Shown one piece after another: positions 12,932 through 22,765 of a stretch of 40,761 bases of DNA. Source of the DNA: Mycobacteriales bacterium (lineage in GTDB: Bacteria; Actinomycetota; Actinomycetes; DATLTS01); NCBI GenBank assembly GCA_035533475.1, contig DATLTS010000021.1, positions 1 to 40,761 of the forward strand. Reading direction: 5' to 3'. How positions within the stretch are numbered: position 1 is the stretch's first letter; each line of letters opens with the position of its first letter. The notes under the pieces are model-generated. The model was not told the origin of the DNA and searched no databases. It saw nothing but the letters and a program-made list of their open reading frames with translations. The position numbers and the translations under genes were made by a program.

Positions 12932-13845
12932 CAGCCGCGGCCGGCGTAGCGGGCTTCGGCGGGCAGCTCGGACAGGTTGATTCCGACCATCGCCTCGCCG
13001 AGACCACGCGAGACCTTGGCCACGACGTGCGGATCGTCGAACATCGTGGTCGCTTCGACGATCGCCCGGGCCCGCCGGGCAGGATCACCGGATTTGAAGA
13101 TGCCGGACCCGACGAAGACGCCATCGGCCCCCAGTTGCATCATCAGCGCCGCGTCGGCCGGGGTGGCGATTCCGCCCGCGGTGAACAGCACGACCGGAAG
13201 CTTGCCGTTCGCGGCGACCTCCCGGACCAGCTCCAGCGGGGCGCGCAGCTCCTTCGCGGCGGCGTAGAGCTCGTCCGGGTCCAGCCCGGCGAGTCGGCGG
13301 ATCTCGCCGGTGATCGAGCGCATGTGCCGAACCGCCTCGACAACGTTGCCGGTGCCGGCCTCACCCTTGGACCGGATCATGGCGGCGCCCTCGGACAGCC
13401 GCCGCAACGCCTCGCCGAGGTTGGTCGCCCCGCACACGAACGGGACGGTAAAGCGCCACTTGTCGATGTGGTGCGCCTCGTCGGCCGGGGTAAGCACCTC
13501 CGACTCGTCGATGTAGTCGACACCGAGCGCCTGGAGGACCTGCGCCTCCGCGAAGTGACCGATCCGGGCCTTGGCCATGACCGGGATGGTCACCGCCTCG
13601 ACGATGCCCTGGATCATGTCCGGGTCGCTCATCCGGGCGACCCCGCCCTGGGCTCGAATGTCAGCCGGGACGCGCTCCAGAGCCATCACCGCGACCGCCC
13701 CGGCGTCCTCGGCGATCTTCGCCTGCTCGGCGGTGACGACGTCCATGATCACGCCGCCCTTGAGCATTTCGGCCATCCCCCGCTTGACCAGCGCAGTACC
13801 TACAGCGCCGGCGGCGGGGCTTGCGGGAACTTCGGGCTCGGGCAC
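12928..13845 (-). CDS. pdxS: Pyridoxal 5'-phosphate synthase lyase subunit PdxS
   Basis: [18 protein letters not shown]...[13 protein letters not shown]...[11 protein letters not shown] match PdxS. The 482-aa ORF has a spurious N-terminal extension; the start is assigned to GTG 13843-13845, preceded by a GAGGAAGG Shine-Dalgarno. Confidence 0.9.
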   Translation of the reverse strand: MPEPEVPASPAAGAVGTALVKRGMAEMLKGGVIMDVVTAEQAKIAEDAGAVAVMALERVPADIRAQGGVARMSDPDMIQGIVEAVTIPVMAKARIGHFAEAQVLQALGVDYIDESEVLTPADEAHHIDKWRFTVPFVCGATNLGEALRRLSEGAAMIRSKGEAGTGNVVEAVRHMRSITGEIRRLAGLDPDELYAAAKELRAPLELVREVAANGKLPVVLFTAGGIATPADAALMMQLGADGVFVGSGIFKSGDPARRARAIVEATTMFDDPHVVAKVSRGLGEAMVGINLSELPAEARYAGRGW

Positions 13846-13870
13846 GGCGACCTTCCTCTCGCCCCCGATC

Positions 13871-14443
13871 CTACCGTCCGGGCGGAGGCAGTGGGCTGTC
13901 GTCGATCTCGAAGTATCCCGGCAACGCGGCCCGTCCGGCCAGCCGGAACAGCCGGGGAATCCGCCGCCGGCGCAGGTTGAGGGTGTCCCGGACGGCGTCG
14001 TTGTGGAATCGGCGGGCCAGCCCGACCTTGAGGCTTGCCGTGGCCAGCTCAGCCGAGGCCTCGAACACCTCGGGGGTCTCCTCCGCCAACGCGTTGAGCC
14101 GGCGGGACAAGGCGTTCTCGGCGGCTTCCCGGTCGGGCTGAAGCCCGTCGACCGCCTGCGCCGCGCGGGCGGCGGCCGCGAGCCGCTCGGCGACGACGAC
14201 CGGCAGCCGCCCGGAGCCCGCCAGCCCCGCGGCGGCGGCGGCCCGCCTGACCAGCTGCGCGTCGAGGGTCGCCGCGGCGGCCTCCAGTCGGGCATGCAGC
14301 CGGTCGATCCGCCCGGCTGTCCACGAAAGGTAGAGACCGAGCAAGCCGATCGCCGCGAGAACACCGATGACCGCACCCACCGGCGCAGGGTAACCGCCGC
14401 CGCGGGCCCGCTGGCCCGCCCGCCCGTACGCTGGGGCCGCCAT
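13871..14443 (-). CDS. LemA-family membrane protein (N-terminal transmembrane anchor); start uncertain
   Basis: A transmembrane helix ([17 protein letters not shown]) followed by ...[28 protein letters not shown], resembling the conserved LemA C-terminal RRxYNDAVRDYN...P...FGF motif. Candidate ATG starts at 14443 or 14455 overlap the divergent pgsA start. Confidence 0.55.
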   Translation of the reverse strand: MAAPAYGRAGQRARGGGYPAPVGAVIGVLAAIGLLGLYLSWTAGRIDRLHARLEAAAATLDAQLVRRAAAAAGLAGSGRLPVVVAERLAAAARAAQAVDGLQPDREAAENALSRRLNALAEETPEVFEASAELATASLKVGLARRFHNDAVRDTLNLRRRRIPRLFRLAGRAALPGYFEIDDSPLPPPGR

Positions 14444-15074
14444 GCTCAGCCACATCCGCCCAGCCCTCGCCCACGTCCTCGACCCGGTTGGGCACCGGCT
14501 GTCGCGGGCCGGTGTCTCGCCGGACGTGGTCACGGTCGTCGGCACGCTCGGCGTGGTGGGGGGGGCTCTCGGCTTCTACCCGCGCGGCAGTTTCACCGTT
14601 GGCTCGTTCGTAATCTCCGCCTTCGTGCTGAGCGATCTCCTCGACGGCGCGATCGCCCGGGCCGGTGGCCGCAGCGGCCCCTGGGGCGCGTTCCTGGACT
14701 CCACCCTCGACCGGTTCGGGGACGCGGCGGTCTTCGGCGGGCTGGTGCTGTGGTTCGCCGGCGGCGGCCACTCCTTCCTGATGGCGGGCGTCACCCTCTA
14801 CGACCTCGCCGCCGCCGCGATCACCTCCTACATCAAGGCTCGTGCGGAAGGGCTCGGCCTTACTTGCAACGTCGGGCTCGTCGAGCGCTCCGAACGGCTG
14901 ATCGCCATCCTCGTCGCCACCGGATTCACCGGCATGCTCGGGCTGCCGGCGCTACAGGTGGTTGTGCTCTGGATCCTGGCCGCCGGGATGACGATCACCA
15001 TCGGACAGCGACTCGTCGAGGTGCACCGGCAGGCGGCCCGCTCGGCTGCCAATGCTCCCGAGCCAGCCCGGTGA
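14442..15074 (+). CDS. pgsA: CDP-alcohol phosphatidyltransferase; phosphatidylinositol synthase PgsA1-like
   Basis: CDP-OH phosphatidyltransferase motif DLLDGAIAR...G...DSTLDRFGD. The length and N-terminus parallel mycobacterial PgsA1. Confidence 0.85.
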   Translation: MLSHIRPALAHVLDPVGHRLSRAGVSPDVVTVVGTLGVVGGALGFYPRGSFTVGSFVISAFVLSDLLDGAIARAGGRSGPWGAFLDSTLDRFGDAAVFGGLVLWFAGGGHSFLMAGVTLYDLAAAAITSYIKARAEGLGLTCNVGLVERSERLIAILVATGFTGMLGLPALQVVVLWILAAGMTITIGQRLVEVHRQAARSAANAPEPAR

Positions 15075-15979
15075 GCCTGCGCGAGACCGCTGTCGACACC
15101 GGGTTCGGGCTCGGCTGGACAAGCCTGCGCGCGCTCCCCGAATCGGTGGTCTACCGACAGTTCGGCGCGATTGCCGAGCTGACCTATCGCCGGGACGGGC
15201 GCGGCGTGCAACGGCTGCGGTCCAACCTGTCCCGCGTCCTCGGCCCCGACACTCCCCCGGCCCAACTCGACGAGGTCACGCGGGCCGGCGTGCACTCCTA
15301 CCTTCGATACTGGTGCGAGGTTTTCCGGCTGCCGGCGATGAGCCGCGAGACGGTCCTCGACCGGGTGAGCTTCGACGGCAGGGACCGGTTGGAAGCGGCG
15401 CTCACCGCCGGCCGTGGTTTCATCCTCGCCCTGCCGCACAGCGCCAACTGGGACTTGGCGGGCGCCTGGCTGATCCACCTCGGCCATCCGTTCACAACGG
15501 TCGCCGAGCGGTTACGCCCCGAGCAGCTGTTCGATCGCTTCGTCGCGTTCCGCGAGTCGATGGGCATGGAGGTCATCCCGCTCACCGGCGGCGAGCGCGC
15601 GCCCTCGGCGATTCTCGCCGAACGACTCCGCGCGGGCGGCGGGCTCGCGCTGCTGGCTGATCGCGACCTGACGACCACCGGAGTACGTGTTCAACTCTTT
15701 AACGAGCCAGCCCGCATGCCCGGCGGTCCGGTCAGACTCGCGCTGGACACGGGGGCGACCCTGCTCCCGGTGAGCCTCTGGTACGACGGACCGCGGACGA
15801 TGCGTGGCCGGTTCCACGAACCGATCGTCCCCTCCGCCAACGGCGACGACGCGGTCGCGGAGATGACGCAGCAACTGGCCGACGTGTTCGCTGGAGCGAT
15901 CAGCGAGCACCCGGCGGACTGGCACATGCTCCAGCGCGTGTGGGTGGCCGACACCAGCACCCGGACTGGACGGCCCTGA
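15071..15979 (+). CDS. patA: Lipid A biosynthesis (HtrB/LpxL)-family acyltransferase, equivalent to the PIM acyltransferase (mycobacterial PatA-like)
   Basis: HtrB-like fold with the HSANWDL (HX4D) acyltransferase motif. The GTG start overlaps the pgsA TGA (GTGA). The real gene occupies only the C-terminal third of an 802-aa artifactual ORF. Confidence 0.8.
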   Translation: MSLRETAVDTGFGLGWTSLRALPESVVYRQFGAIAELTYRRDGRGVQRLRSNLSRVLGPDTPPAQLDEVTRAGVHSYLRYWCEVFRLPAMSRETVLDRVSFDGRDRLEAALTAGRGFILALPHSANWDLAGAWLIHLGHPFTTVAERLRPEQLFDRFVAFRESMGMEVIPLTGGERAPSAILAERLRAGGGLALLADRDLTTTGVRVQLFNEPARMPGGPVRLALDTGATLLPVSLWYDGPRTMRGRFHEPIVPSANGDDAVAEMTQQLADVFAGAISEHPADWHMLQRVWVADTSTRTGRP

Positions 15980-17191
15980 GTGCGGGTCGGCCTGGTCAGC
16001 CCCTACCCGTGGGACGTGCCGGGCGGGGTGGTCGCGCACATCCGCGACTTGGCCGAGGCGCTCCGCGACCTCGGCCATCACGTGTCGGTCATGTCCCCGG
16101 TCGACGACGAGGACGCGGAGGTCCCCGACTATCTCGTCCGGGCCGGGCGCAGCGTCCCGGTTCCCTACAACGGGTCGGTCTCCAGGCTCATCTTCGGCCC
16201 GGTCTCGGCAACCCGGATGTACCGCTGGCTGCGGGAGGGCGACTTCGACGTGCTGCACGTGCACTCCCCGGAAACGTTCTCCCTGTCGCTGCTCGCGCTG
16301 ATGTCCGCCCGCGGGCCGATCGTCGCCACCTTCCACGCCGCGATGCCCCGGTCGCGGATCCTCTCGCTGCTCCAGACGCCGTTGCAGACCCAGCTGGAGA
16401 AGGTGCAGGGGCGAATAGCGGTGTCACCGGCCGCGCGCAAGCTCATCGTCGAGCATCTCGGCGGTGACGCCGTCATCATTCCCAATGGCGTGCGGGTCGC
16501 CCGCTTCTCCGCTGCCCAACCGCTTCCCGGCTGGCCCGGACCGGGGGGCGCGATCGGGTTCGTCGGGCGCATCGACGAACCACGCAAGGGCCTGGCTGTC
16601 CTGCTCGAGGCATTCGGCCGCCTGCTTGCGGATGCGCCGGGTCTTCGGCTGCTGATCGCCGGCCCGGGCGACACCGACGAGGTCCGCGATCTGGTCCCGG
16701 CCCCGGCTCGGGACAACGTGGTCCTGCTCGGTCAGGTGACCGAGGCCGAGAAGGCCCAGGTGTATGCCAGCGTCGACCTTTTCGTCGCACCCAACACCGG
16801 CGGCGAGAGCTTCGGCATCATCCTGCTCGAGGCGATGGCCACCCGGACCCCGATCCTCGCCAGCGACCTCGACGCGTTCCGGTTGGTCCTGGACGACGGC
16901 CGAGCCGGCCGGCTGGTGCCGGTCGGCGACCCGGCGGCGCTGGCTGCCGCCTGCGGCGAGCTGCTCGACGACCCGGGGGCGCGGGCCTGGTTCGCCGAGG
17001 TGGGCTGGCAACGCGTGCAGGGCTTCGACTGGAGCGTCGTCGCCGCCGCCATCGTGCAAGTGTACGAGACCGTGACCGCCGCCGGCGTCCACGTGCAGCC
17101 CGAGCCGGCCGAGCCGGACACCCTTGCCGGAAGCGGCATACCGGGTGGAGAGTCATCGCCACCGAACCGAGGAGGCGAGCCAGATGGCTGA
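15980..17191 (+). CDS. pimA: GDP-mannose-dependent alpha-mannosyltransferase PimA (GT4 family)
   Basis: MRVGLVSPYPWDVPGGV..HI..LA..L...GH.V.V N-terminus and GT4 C-terminal motifs (ESFGIILLEAMA). Synteny with pgsA and the acyltransferase. Confidence 0.85.
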   Translation: MRVGLVSPYPWDVPGGVVAHIRDLAEALRDLGHHVSVMSPVDDEDAEVPDYLVRAGRSVPVPYNGSVSRLIFGPVSATRMYRWLREGDFDVLHVHSPETFSLSLLALMSARGPIVATFHAAMPRSRILSLLQTPLQTQLEKVQGRIAVSPAARKLIVEHLGGDAVIIPNGVRVARFSAAQPLPGWPGPGGAIGFVGRIDEPRKGLAVLLEAFGRLLADAPGLRLLIAGPGDTDEVRDLVPAPARDNVVLLGQVTEAEKAQVYASVDLFVAPNTGGESFGIILLEAMATRTPILASDLDAFRLVLDDGRAGRLVPVGDPAALAAACGELLDDPGARAWFAEVGWQRVQGFDWSVVAAAIVQVYETVTAAGVHVQPEPAEPDTLAGSGIPGGESSPPNRGGEPDG

Positions 17192-19325
17192 CAAGAGCAC
17201 CCCCGGAGCCGCCGCCGGCAGGGCACCGGCGGCCGAGGCACCGGCGTCGGTCCGCAACGTCGTGCTGGTCGGCCACTCGGGGGCTGGAAAGACGACGCTG
17301 GTCGAGGCCCTCCTCGTCGCCACCGGGACGATCCCCCGGGCCGGTCGCGTCGAGGACGGCACCACGATCAGCGACCACGACGAAGCGGAGATCCGCCAAC
17401 ACCGGTCGGTCTCCCTGGCGGTGGCCCCGGTCGAGCACAACGGCATCAAGATCAATCTTCTGGATGCCCCCGGCTACGCCGACTTCGTCGGCGACCTGCG
17501 GGCCGGCCTCCGAGCGGCCGACGCCGCGCTGTTCGTCGTCTCCGCCGCGGACGGGGTCGACGGGACGACGCAGATGATCTGGGACGAGTGCGCCACCGTC
17601 GGCATGCCGCGGGCGGTCGTCATCACCAAGCTGGACTCCCCGCGGGCGGACTTCGAGGCCATCCTGGCGACCTGCCAGCAACGTTTCGGCGACAACGTGC
17701 TGCCGCTCTACCTGCCGTTGCATGCGGAGGAGGGCGTGGCCGGGCTCATCGGCCTGCTCTCGCGGCGGGTCTTCGACTACTCCTCGGGCAGTCGCGCGGA
17801 CCGGGAGCCGGACCCTGAGCACCTGCCGCTCATCCAGGACGCCCGCAACAGCCTGATCGAGGGGATCATCGCCGAGAGCGAGGACGAATCCCTCATGGAC
17901 CGATACCTCGGTGGCGAGGACATCGAATCCAAGGTGCTCATCGACGACCTGGAGAAGGCCGTCGCGCGGGGCAGCTTCTACCCGGTCCTCGCCTCGGCGG
18001 CCCCCAGCGGCCTCGGCAGCGCCGAGCTGCTCGAGGTACTCGCCAGCGCATTCCCCTCCCCCCTCGAGCACCCACTGCCGACGATCACCAGCCCGGACGG
18101 CGCCCCGGTCGAACCACCGCGCTGCGACCCGGACGGCCCGCTCGTCGCCGAGGTGGTGAAGACGACGACCGACCCGTACGTCGGGCGGATCTCCGTCGTG
18201 CGCGTGTTCTCCGGAACGCTGCGCGCGGATGCGATCGTGCACGTATCCGGCCACGGATTGGCCGACCGCGGACACGAGGACCACGACCTCGACGAGAAGC
18301 TCGGCGCGATCTCCTCGCCACTGGGCAAGACATTGCGTCCAGCCGCGCAGTGCATCGCCGGCGATATCTGCACGATCGCCAAGCTGTCCCGGGCCGAGAC
18401 CGGGGACACCCTTTCCGACAGGGACAACCCGCTGCTCGTAGCCGCCTGGGAGATGCCGGAGCCGCTGCTTCCGGTGGCGATCGAGGCGAAGAGCAAGGCC
18501 GACGAGGACAAGCTTTCGACCGGGCTGTCGCGGATCGTCGCCGAGGAGCCGACCGTGCGGCTGGAACGCAACGCGGAGACCCACCAGCTGGTCTTGTGGT
18601 GCATGGGCGAGGCGCACACGGATGTGCTCATCGACCGCTTGAGGTCGAAGTACGGGGTCGAGGTCGCGCAGGTACCGCTGCGCGTGCCACTGCGGGAGAC
18701 CTTCGCCGCCAAGGCGACCGGGCACGGCCGGCACGTCAAACAGTCCGGCGGCCACGGCCAGTACGCGGTGTGCGACCTCGACGTCGAACCCAACGAGTCC
18801 GGGGCCGGTTTCGAATTCGTCGACAAGGTCTTCGGTGGCGCGGTGCCGAATCAGTTCATCCCGTCGGTCGAGAAGGGCGTCCGGGCCCAGATGGAACGCG
18901 GGGTCGTCGCCGGCTACCCGGTCGTCGACATCAAGGTGACCCTGGTCGACGGCAAGGCACACTCCGTCGACTCCTCGGACATGGCCTTCCAGATGGCCGG
19001 CGGGTTGGCGCTCCGGGATGCGGCCAAGGCAACAACGGTCCACCTGCTCGAGCCCGTTTTGGCGGTGGCGGTGCTCGTTGCAGACGAATATGTCGGTGCG
19101 GCGATGAGCGACCTGTCGTCGCGCCGCGGCCGAGTCACCGGAACCGAGCCGTTGGGCCCGGGACGCACGCTGATCCGGGCTGAGGTGCCGGAGATCGAGG
19201 TGACCCGCTACGCCGTCGACCTGCGGTCGATCTCGCACGGGACGGGCACTTTCACCCGTCACTACTTGCGTTACGAGCCGATGCCGCAACACGTCGCCGC
19301 CAAGGTTCTAGCGGAGAATCCGTAG
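17184..19325 (+). CDS. Elongation factor G-like GTPase (EF-G2 paralog)
   Basis: G-domain HSGAGKTTL...DAPGYADF...TKLD, followed by EF-G domains II-V. The ATG at 17184 has a GAGGAGG Shine-Dalgarno and overlaps the pimA 3' end by 8 nt. Confidence 0.85.
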   Translation: MADKSTPGAAAGRAPAAEAPASVRNVVLVGHSGAGKTTLVEALLVATGTIPRAGRVEDGTTISDHDEAEIRQHRSVSLAVAPVEHNGIKINLLDAPGYADFVGDLRAGLRAADAALFVVSAADGVDGTTQMIWDECATVGMPRAVVITKLDSPRADFEAILATCQQRFGDNVLPLYLPLHAEEGVAGLIGLLSRRVFDYSSGSRADREPDPEHLPLIQDARNSLIEGIIAESEDESLMDRYLGGEDIESKVLIDDLEKAVARGSFYPVLASAAPSGLGSAELLEVLASAFPSPLEHPLPTITSPDGAPVEPPRCDPDGPLVAEVVKTTTDPYVGRISVVRVFSGTLRADAIVHVSGHGLADRGHEDHDLDEKLGAISSPLGKTLRPAAQCIAGDICTIAKLSRAETGDTLSDRDNPLLVAAWEMPEPLLPVAIEAKSKADEDKLSTGLSRIVAEEPTVRLERNAETHQLVLWCMGEAHTDVLIDRLRSKYGVEVAQVPLRVPLRETFAAKATGHGRHVKQSGGHGQYAVCDLDVEPNESGAGFEFVDKVFGGAVPNQFIPSVEKGVRAQMERGVVAGYPVVDIKVTLVDGKAHSVDSSDMAFQMAGGLALRDAAKATTVHLLEPVLAVAVLVADEYVGAAMSDLSSRRGRVTGTEPLGPGRTLIRAEVPEIEVTRYAVDLRSISHGTGTFTRHYLRYEPMPQHVAAKVLAENP

Positions 19326-19368
19326 GCCGCGACACGCCGACGCCGCGCCTGCGCGGTTCGGCCGCTCG

Positions 19369-19734
19369 ATGGTGGGACCCTGCTCCCTCGTGGACATCAC
19401 CGCCAATCCGTCGCGCACGGTGCGTGTCGTCCTGGGTGGCGGACTGGGGCTGGCGGCGGCGGTGGTGCTGGCCGTTGCGGTCAATGCCGGCGCCACGGTG
19501 CCCGGTCAGGCACCGACCGTTGGGCGGATCGTCGCCGTGCGGACCGACCTCACTGGTGTGCAGATCGTCTTGGCCGCCGGCCCGGGCCAGGTCGAGGCGG
19601 CGTTGGCGCCACGAGCCCAACTCACGGTGGCTGGCCGTACGGCCAGCCCTTCGGCACTGGTCGACGGGACGCGCTGGCGACTCTGGTACGACGGGTCGGG
19701 AAGGATCGTGCGGGCCGAGCGGCTCGACGCCTAG
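19369..19734 (+). CDS. Hypothetical small membrane-anchored or secreted protein, 121 aa
   Basis: Very high GC3 in frame, with an N-terminal hydrophobic segment (LGLAAAVVLAVAV). No recognisable family. It shares a CTAG stop tetranucleotide with the convergent HIT gene. Confidence 0.45.
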   Translation: MVGPCSLVDITANPSRTVRVVLGGGLGLAAAVVLAVAVNAGATVPGQAPTVGRIVAVRTDLTGVQIVLAAGPGQVEAALAPRAQLTVAGRTASPSALVDGTRWRLWYDGSGRIVRAERLDA

Positions 19735-20306
19735 CCCGGCAAGTTCCCCGGTGCCGAACCACTCGGCCATGCTGCCGCCAGCATCTGTCTGGTCTCGGTC
19801 AGCAATTGCGGCAATACTTTGGTGTGCCCGACCACGGGCATGAGGTTCGTGTCACCGCCCCAGCGCGGCACCACATGCTGGTGCAGGTGCGCGGCTATCC
19901 CCGCGCCGGCGACCGCCCCCTGGTTCATCCCGACGTTGAAGCCCTGCGCGCCGCTGGCGGTACGCAGAACGCTCATCGCCTGCTTGGTGAAACCCGCCAA
20001 TTCCGCCGTCTCCTCCGCGGTGAGGTCGGTGTAGTCCGACACGTGCCGGTAGGGCACGACCATGAGGTGCCCGGCGTTGTAGGGGTAGAGGTTCAGCACC
20101 GCGTAAACCAAATCGCCGCGGGCGACAACGAGCCCCTCGGCGTCGGGCATGGGCTGGATCCGGCAGAACGGGCACCCCTCGTCCGGGCCCGCCCCGGTCG
20201 GCTTTCCCTCGCCCCGGATGTAGGCCATCCGGTGCGGCGTCCACAGTCGCTGAAAGGCGTCCGGGCTGCCCGCACCCTGCTGCTGGGCGGGCTGCTCCAC
20301 CGTCAT
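19731..20306 (-). CDS. HIT-family protein (Ap4A phosphorylase / GalT-like HIT)
   Basis: Histidine-triad motif [12 protein letters not shown], plus CPFC and the nucleotide-binding region. Confidence 0.85.
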   Translation of the reverse strand: MTVEQPAQQQGAGSPDAFQRLWTPHRMAYIRGEGKPTGAGPDEGCPFCRIQPMPDAEGLVVARGDLVYAVLNLYPYNAGHLMVVPYRHVSDYTDLTAEETAELAGFTKQAMSVLRTASGAQGFNVGMNQGAVAGAGIAAHLHQHVVPRWGGDTNLMPVVGHTKVLPQLLTETRQMLAAAWPSGSAPGNLPG

Positions 20307-22276
20307 GGGACGGCCGGCGGGTCGGGGTCGGGGCGGCGTTCGGCGACGACTCGGCGGATCTCCTCGAGCGCCTCGTCGACCGCCACACCGCGCCGCTCGA
20401 CCCCGTTGCGGTAGCGGAAGGACACCGCACCGGCCTCGATGTCGCGGTCGCCGGCGATCAGCATGAACGGCACTTTCTCCTGCTGGGCCTTGACAATCTT
20501 CTTCTGCATCCGCTCGTCGCTGTCATCGACATCGACCCTGATGCCATGGCTGCGCAGCCGGTCCGCGACCCCGCTGAGATAGTCGACGTGGCGTTCGGCG
20601 ATCGGGATACAGGTGACCTGGACCGGTGACAGCCAGGCCGGGAACGCGCCGGCGTAGTGCTCGGTCAGGACACCGAGGAACCGTTCGACCGAACCAAACA
20701 GCGCTCGATGGATCATCACCGGCGATGGCCGGCCCCCGTCAGCCGCCTGGTACTCCAGCTCGAAGCGCCGAGGCAACTGGAAGTCCACCTGGATGGTGGA
20801 CAGTTGCCAGGTCCGGCCGATCGCGTCCCGGGCCTGCACGCTGATCTTCGGGCCGTAGAACGCTGCCCCGCCCGGATCGAGGACCAGGTCGAGCTGCTCA
20901 CCCTCGGCTGCCGCTCGGAGCGCATCGGTGGCCTCCACCCAGTCCTCCTCGGCGCCGACGAACTTCTCCGAGTCGTCGCGGGTGGACAGCTCGAGATAGA
21001 ACTCGGACAGGCCGTAGTCGCGGAGCAGATCCAGCACGAACCGCAGGAGGGACTTGAGTTCGCCAGCCATCTGCTCGCGCGTGCAGAAGATGTGCGCGTC
21101 GTCCTGGGTCATCCCGCGAACCCGGGTGAGCCCGTGGACAACGCCTGACTTCTCGAACCGGTACACGCTGCCGAACTCGAAAAACCGCAGTGGCAGCTCA
21201 CGGTAGGAGCGCCCGCGCGCCCGGAACACCAGGATGTGGAACGGGCAGTTCATCGGCTTCAGGTAGTAGTCCGCGCCTTCCATGTGCATCGGCGGATACA
21301 TGCCGTCGGCGAACCACTGGAGATGACCCGAGGTCTCGAACAGCTGGCCCTTGGTGATGTGCGGCGAGTACACGAAGGAGTAGCCCGCCTCCTCGTGCCG
21401 CAGCCGCGAGTAGTCCTCCATGACCCGGCGCAGGATCCCGCCCTTCGGATGGAAGACCGCGAGGCCTGAACCGATCTCGGACGGGAAGGAGAACAGGTCC
21501 AGCTCCGCTCCGAGCCGGCGATGGTCGCGTCGCTCGGCCTCCTCCAGCAGGTGCAGGTGGGCGGCGAGCGCATCGTCGCTCTCCCACGCGGTGCCGTAGA
21601 TGCGCTGCAGCTGGCGGTTGTGCTCGTCGCCGCGCCAGTAGGCCGCGGCCGTCCGCATCAGCCGGAAGGCCGGGATCCGGGCGGTCGACGGGACATGCGG
21701 CCCGCGGCAGAGGTCGGTGAACGCGGCCCCCTCGTCGGCCAGGTTGTCGTACACGCTGATCTCGGGGCCGGCCGCGTCGACCACCTCGTCGCCTTCGACG
21801 TTGCCGGCGGCGGCCCGCTCGATGATGTCCAGTTTGTACGGCTGGGCGCGGAACAGCCGGGATGCCTCCGCCGGCTCGACGACCCGCCGGGAGAAGCGCT
21901 GGTCGGCACGGATGATCTCCCGCATCCGCGCCTCGATCCGCTCGACGTCCTCCGGGGTGAACGGGCGTTCGACATCGAAGTCGTAGTAGAAGCCGTTCTC
22001 GATCGGTGGTCCGATCGCGAATTTCGCATCGGGGAACAGGTCGGTGACCGCCTGGGCGAGCACATGTGCGGTCGAGTGCCGGAGGATCGCCCGCCCGTCC
22101 GCCGAGCCGAGCAGGATCGACTCCAACCGGTCGCCTTCGGCCGGTACGAAGCTCAGGTCCGCGAGCTGCCCGCCGTTGACCCGGACCGCTATGACCTCCG
22201 CGCCGCCAACGAGATCCGCGGCCGTCGCCCCAGCCGGGACGCTGCGCGCCTCGCGGTCAACGGTGATCTCCGGCAC
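20303..22276 (-). CDS. thrS: Threonine--tRNA ligase
   Basis: TGS and N2 editing domains, class II core motifs ([21 protein letters not shown]), and a C-terminal anticodon-binding domain. The stop overlaps the HIT start (ATGA). Confidence 0.95.
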   Translation of the reverse strand: MPEITVDREARSVPAGATAADLVGGAEVIAVRVNGGQLADLSFVPAEGDRLESILLGSADGRAILRHSTAHVLAQAVTDLFPDAKFAIGPPIENGFYYDFDVERPFTPEDVERIEARMREIIRADQRFSRRVVEPAEASRLFRAQPYKLDIIERAAAGNVEGDEVVDAAGPEISVYDNLADEGAAFTDLCRGPHVPSTARIPAFRLMRTAAAYWRGDEHNRQLQRIYGTAWESDDALAAHLHLLEEAERRDHRRLGAELDLFSFPSEIGSGLAVFHPKGGILRRVMEDYSRLRHEEAGYSFVYSPHITKGQLFETSGHLQWFADGMYPPMHMEGADYYLKPMNCPFHILVFRARGRSYRELPLRFFEFGSVYRFEKSGVVHGLTRVRGMTQDDAHIFCTREQMAGELKSLLRFVLDLLRDYGLSEFYLELSTRDDSEKFVGAEEDWVEATDALRAAAEGEQLDLVLDPGGAAFYGPKISVQARDAIGRTWQLSTIQVDFQLPRRFELEYQAADGGRPSPVMIHRALFGSVERFLGVLTEHYAGAFPAWLSPVQVTCIPIAERHVDYLSGVADRLRSHGIRVDVDDSDERMQKKIVKAQQEKVPFMLIAGDRDIEAGAVSFRYRNGVERRGVAVDEALEEIRRVVAERRPDPDPPAVP

Positions 22277-22369
22277 GGCAGGGCTCCTCGGGCAGACGCG
22301 GGGGTCGCCGCGATGCTACCGAGCGGGCCGGCGACAGCCGGCGGCGTTCATGCCGAAGGGCGGGCGGCG

Positions 22370-22642
22370 CTACCGGACGAACTCGCGCGGGTCCACCGGC
22401 TCACCCCGGAGGAAGGCCACGGCCGCCGGAACCGCCCGCCGCGCCTCCCGCAGGCTCGACGCCACCAACCGGTGCACGACCGAGATGTCCTCGACTTCGG
22501 GGTCGGTCAGGGTAAAGCGGGCGGACCAGCCGGACGGACAGCGCTCGTAGCGCACGGGGACGGCCCCGGCACCGGGGAGTTCGAGCACCTCGGCTACGCC
22601 GCCGGCGTCGAGGCGCACCCCGGCGGGATCGGTGCCTCCCAC
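22370..22642 (-). CDS. Possible small hypothetical protein, 90 aa, upstream of thrS
   Basis: GTG preceded by AGAGGTGG. The frame has high GC3 and protein-like composition (..RFTLTDPEVEDISVVHRLVASSLREARR..). No family recognised. Confidence 0.3.
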   Translation of the reverse strand: MGGTDPAGVRLDAGGVAEVLELPGAGAVPVRYERCPSGWSARFTLTDPEVEDISVVHRLVASSLREARRAVPAAVAFLRGEPVDPREFVR

Positions 22643-22765
22643 AGCGCCACCTCTCGTCGTGTGCTGATCGTCCAGGTACGGTACCCGTCCGGATCGCCCG
22701 GTTTGCCGGGGAGCGCTGGATTTCACCCGGATGGCGGAATCAGCGGGCGGTCGTAGCGTTGCGTC

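Noticed and set aside
19731-19734. CTAG shared as the stop codon of two convergent genes
   Set aside because: A curious but trivial consequence of the palindromic TAG/CTA. Convergent 4-nt overlaps are common in compact genomes.
22277-22369. T-box or other leader riboswitch upstream of thrS
   Set aside because: Actinobacterial thrS is not known to carry a T-box, and I could not identify a specifier-loop or T-box consensus (AATTAGGGTGGNACCGCG-like) by eye. Left as a point to check in the findings.
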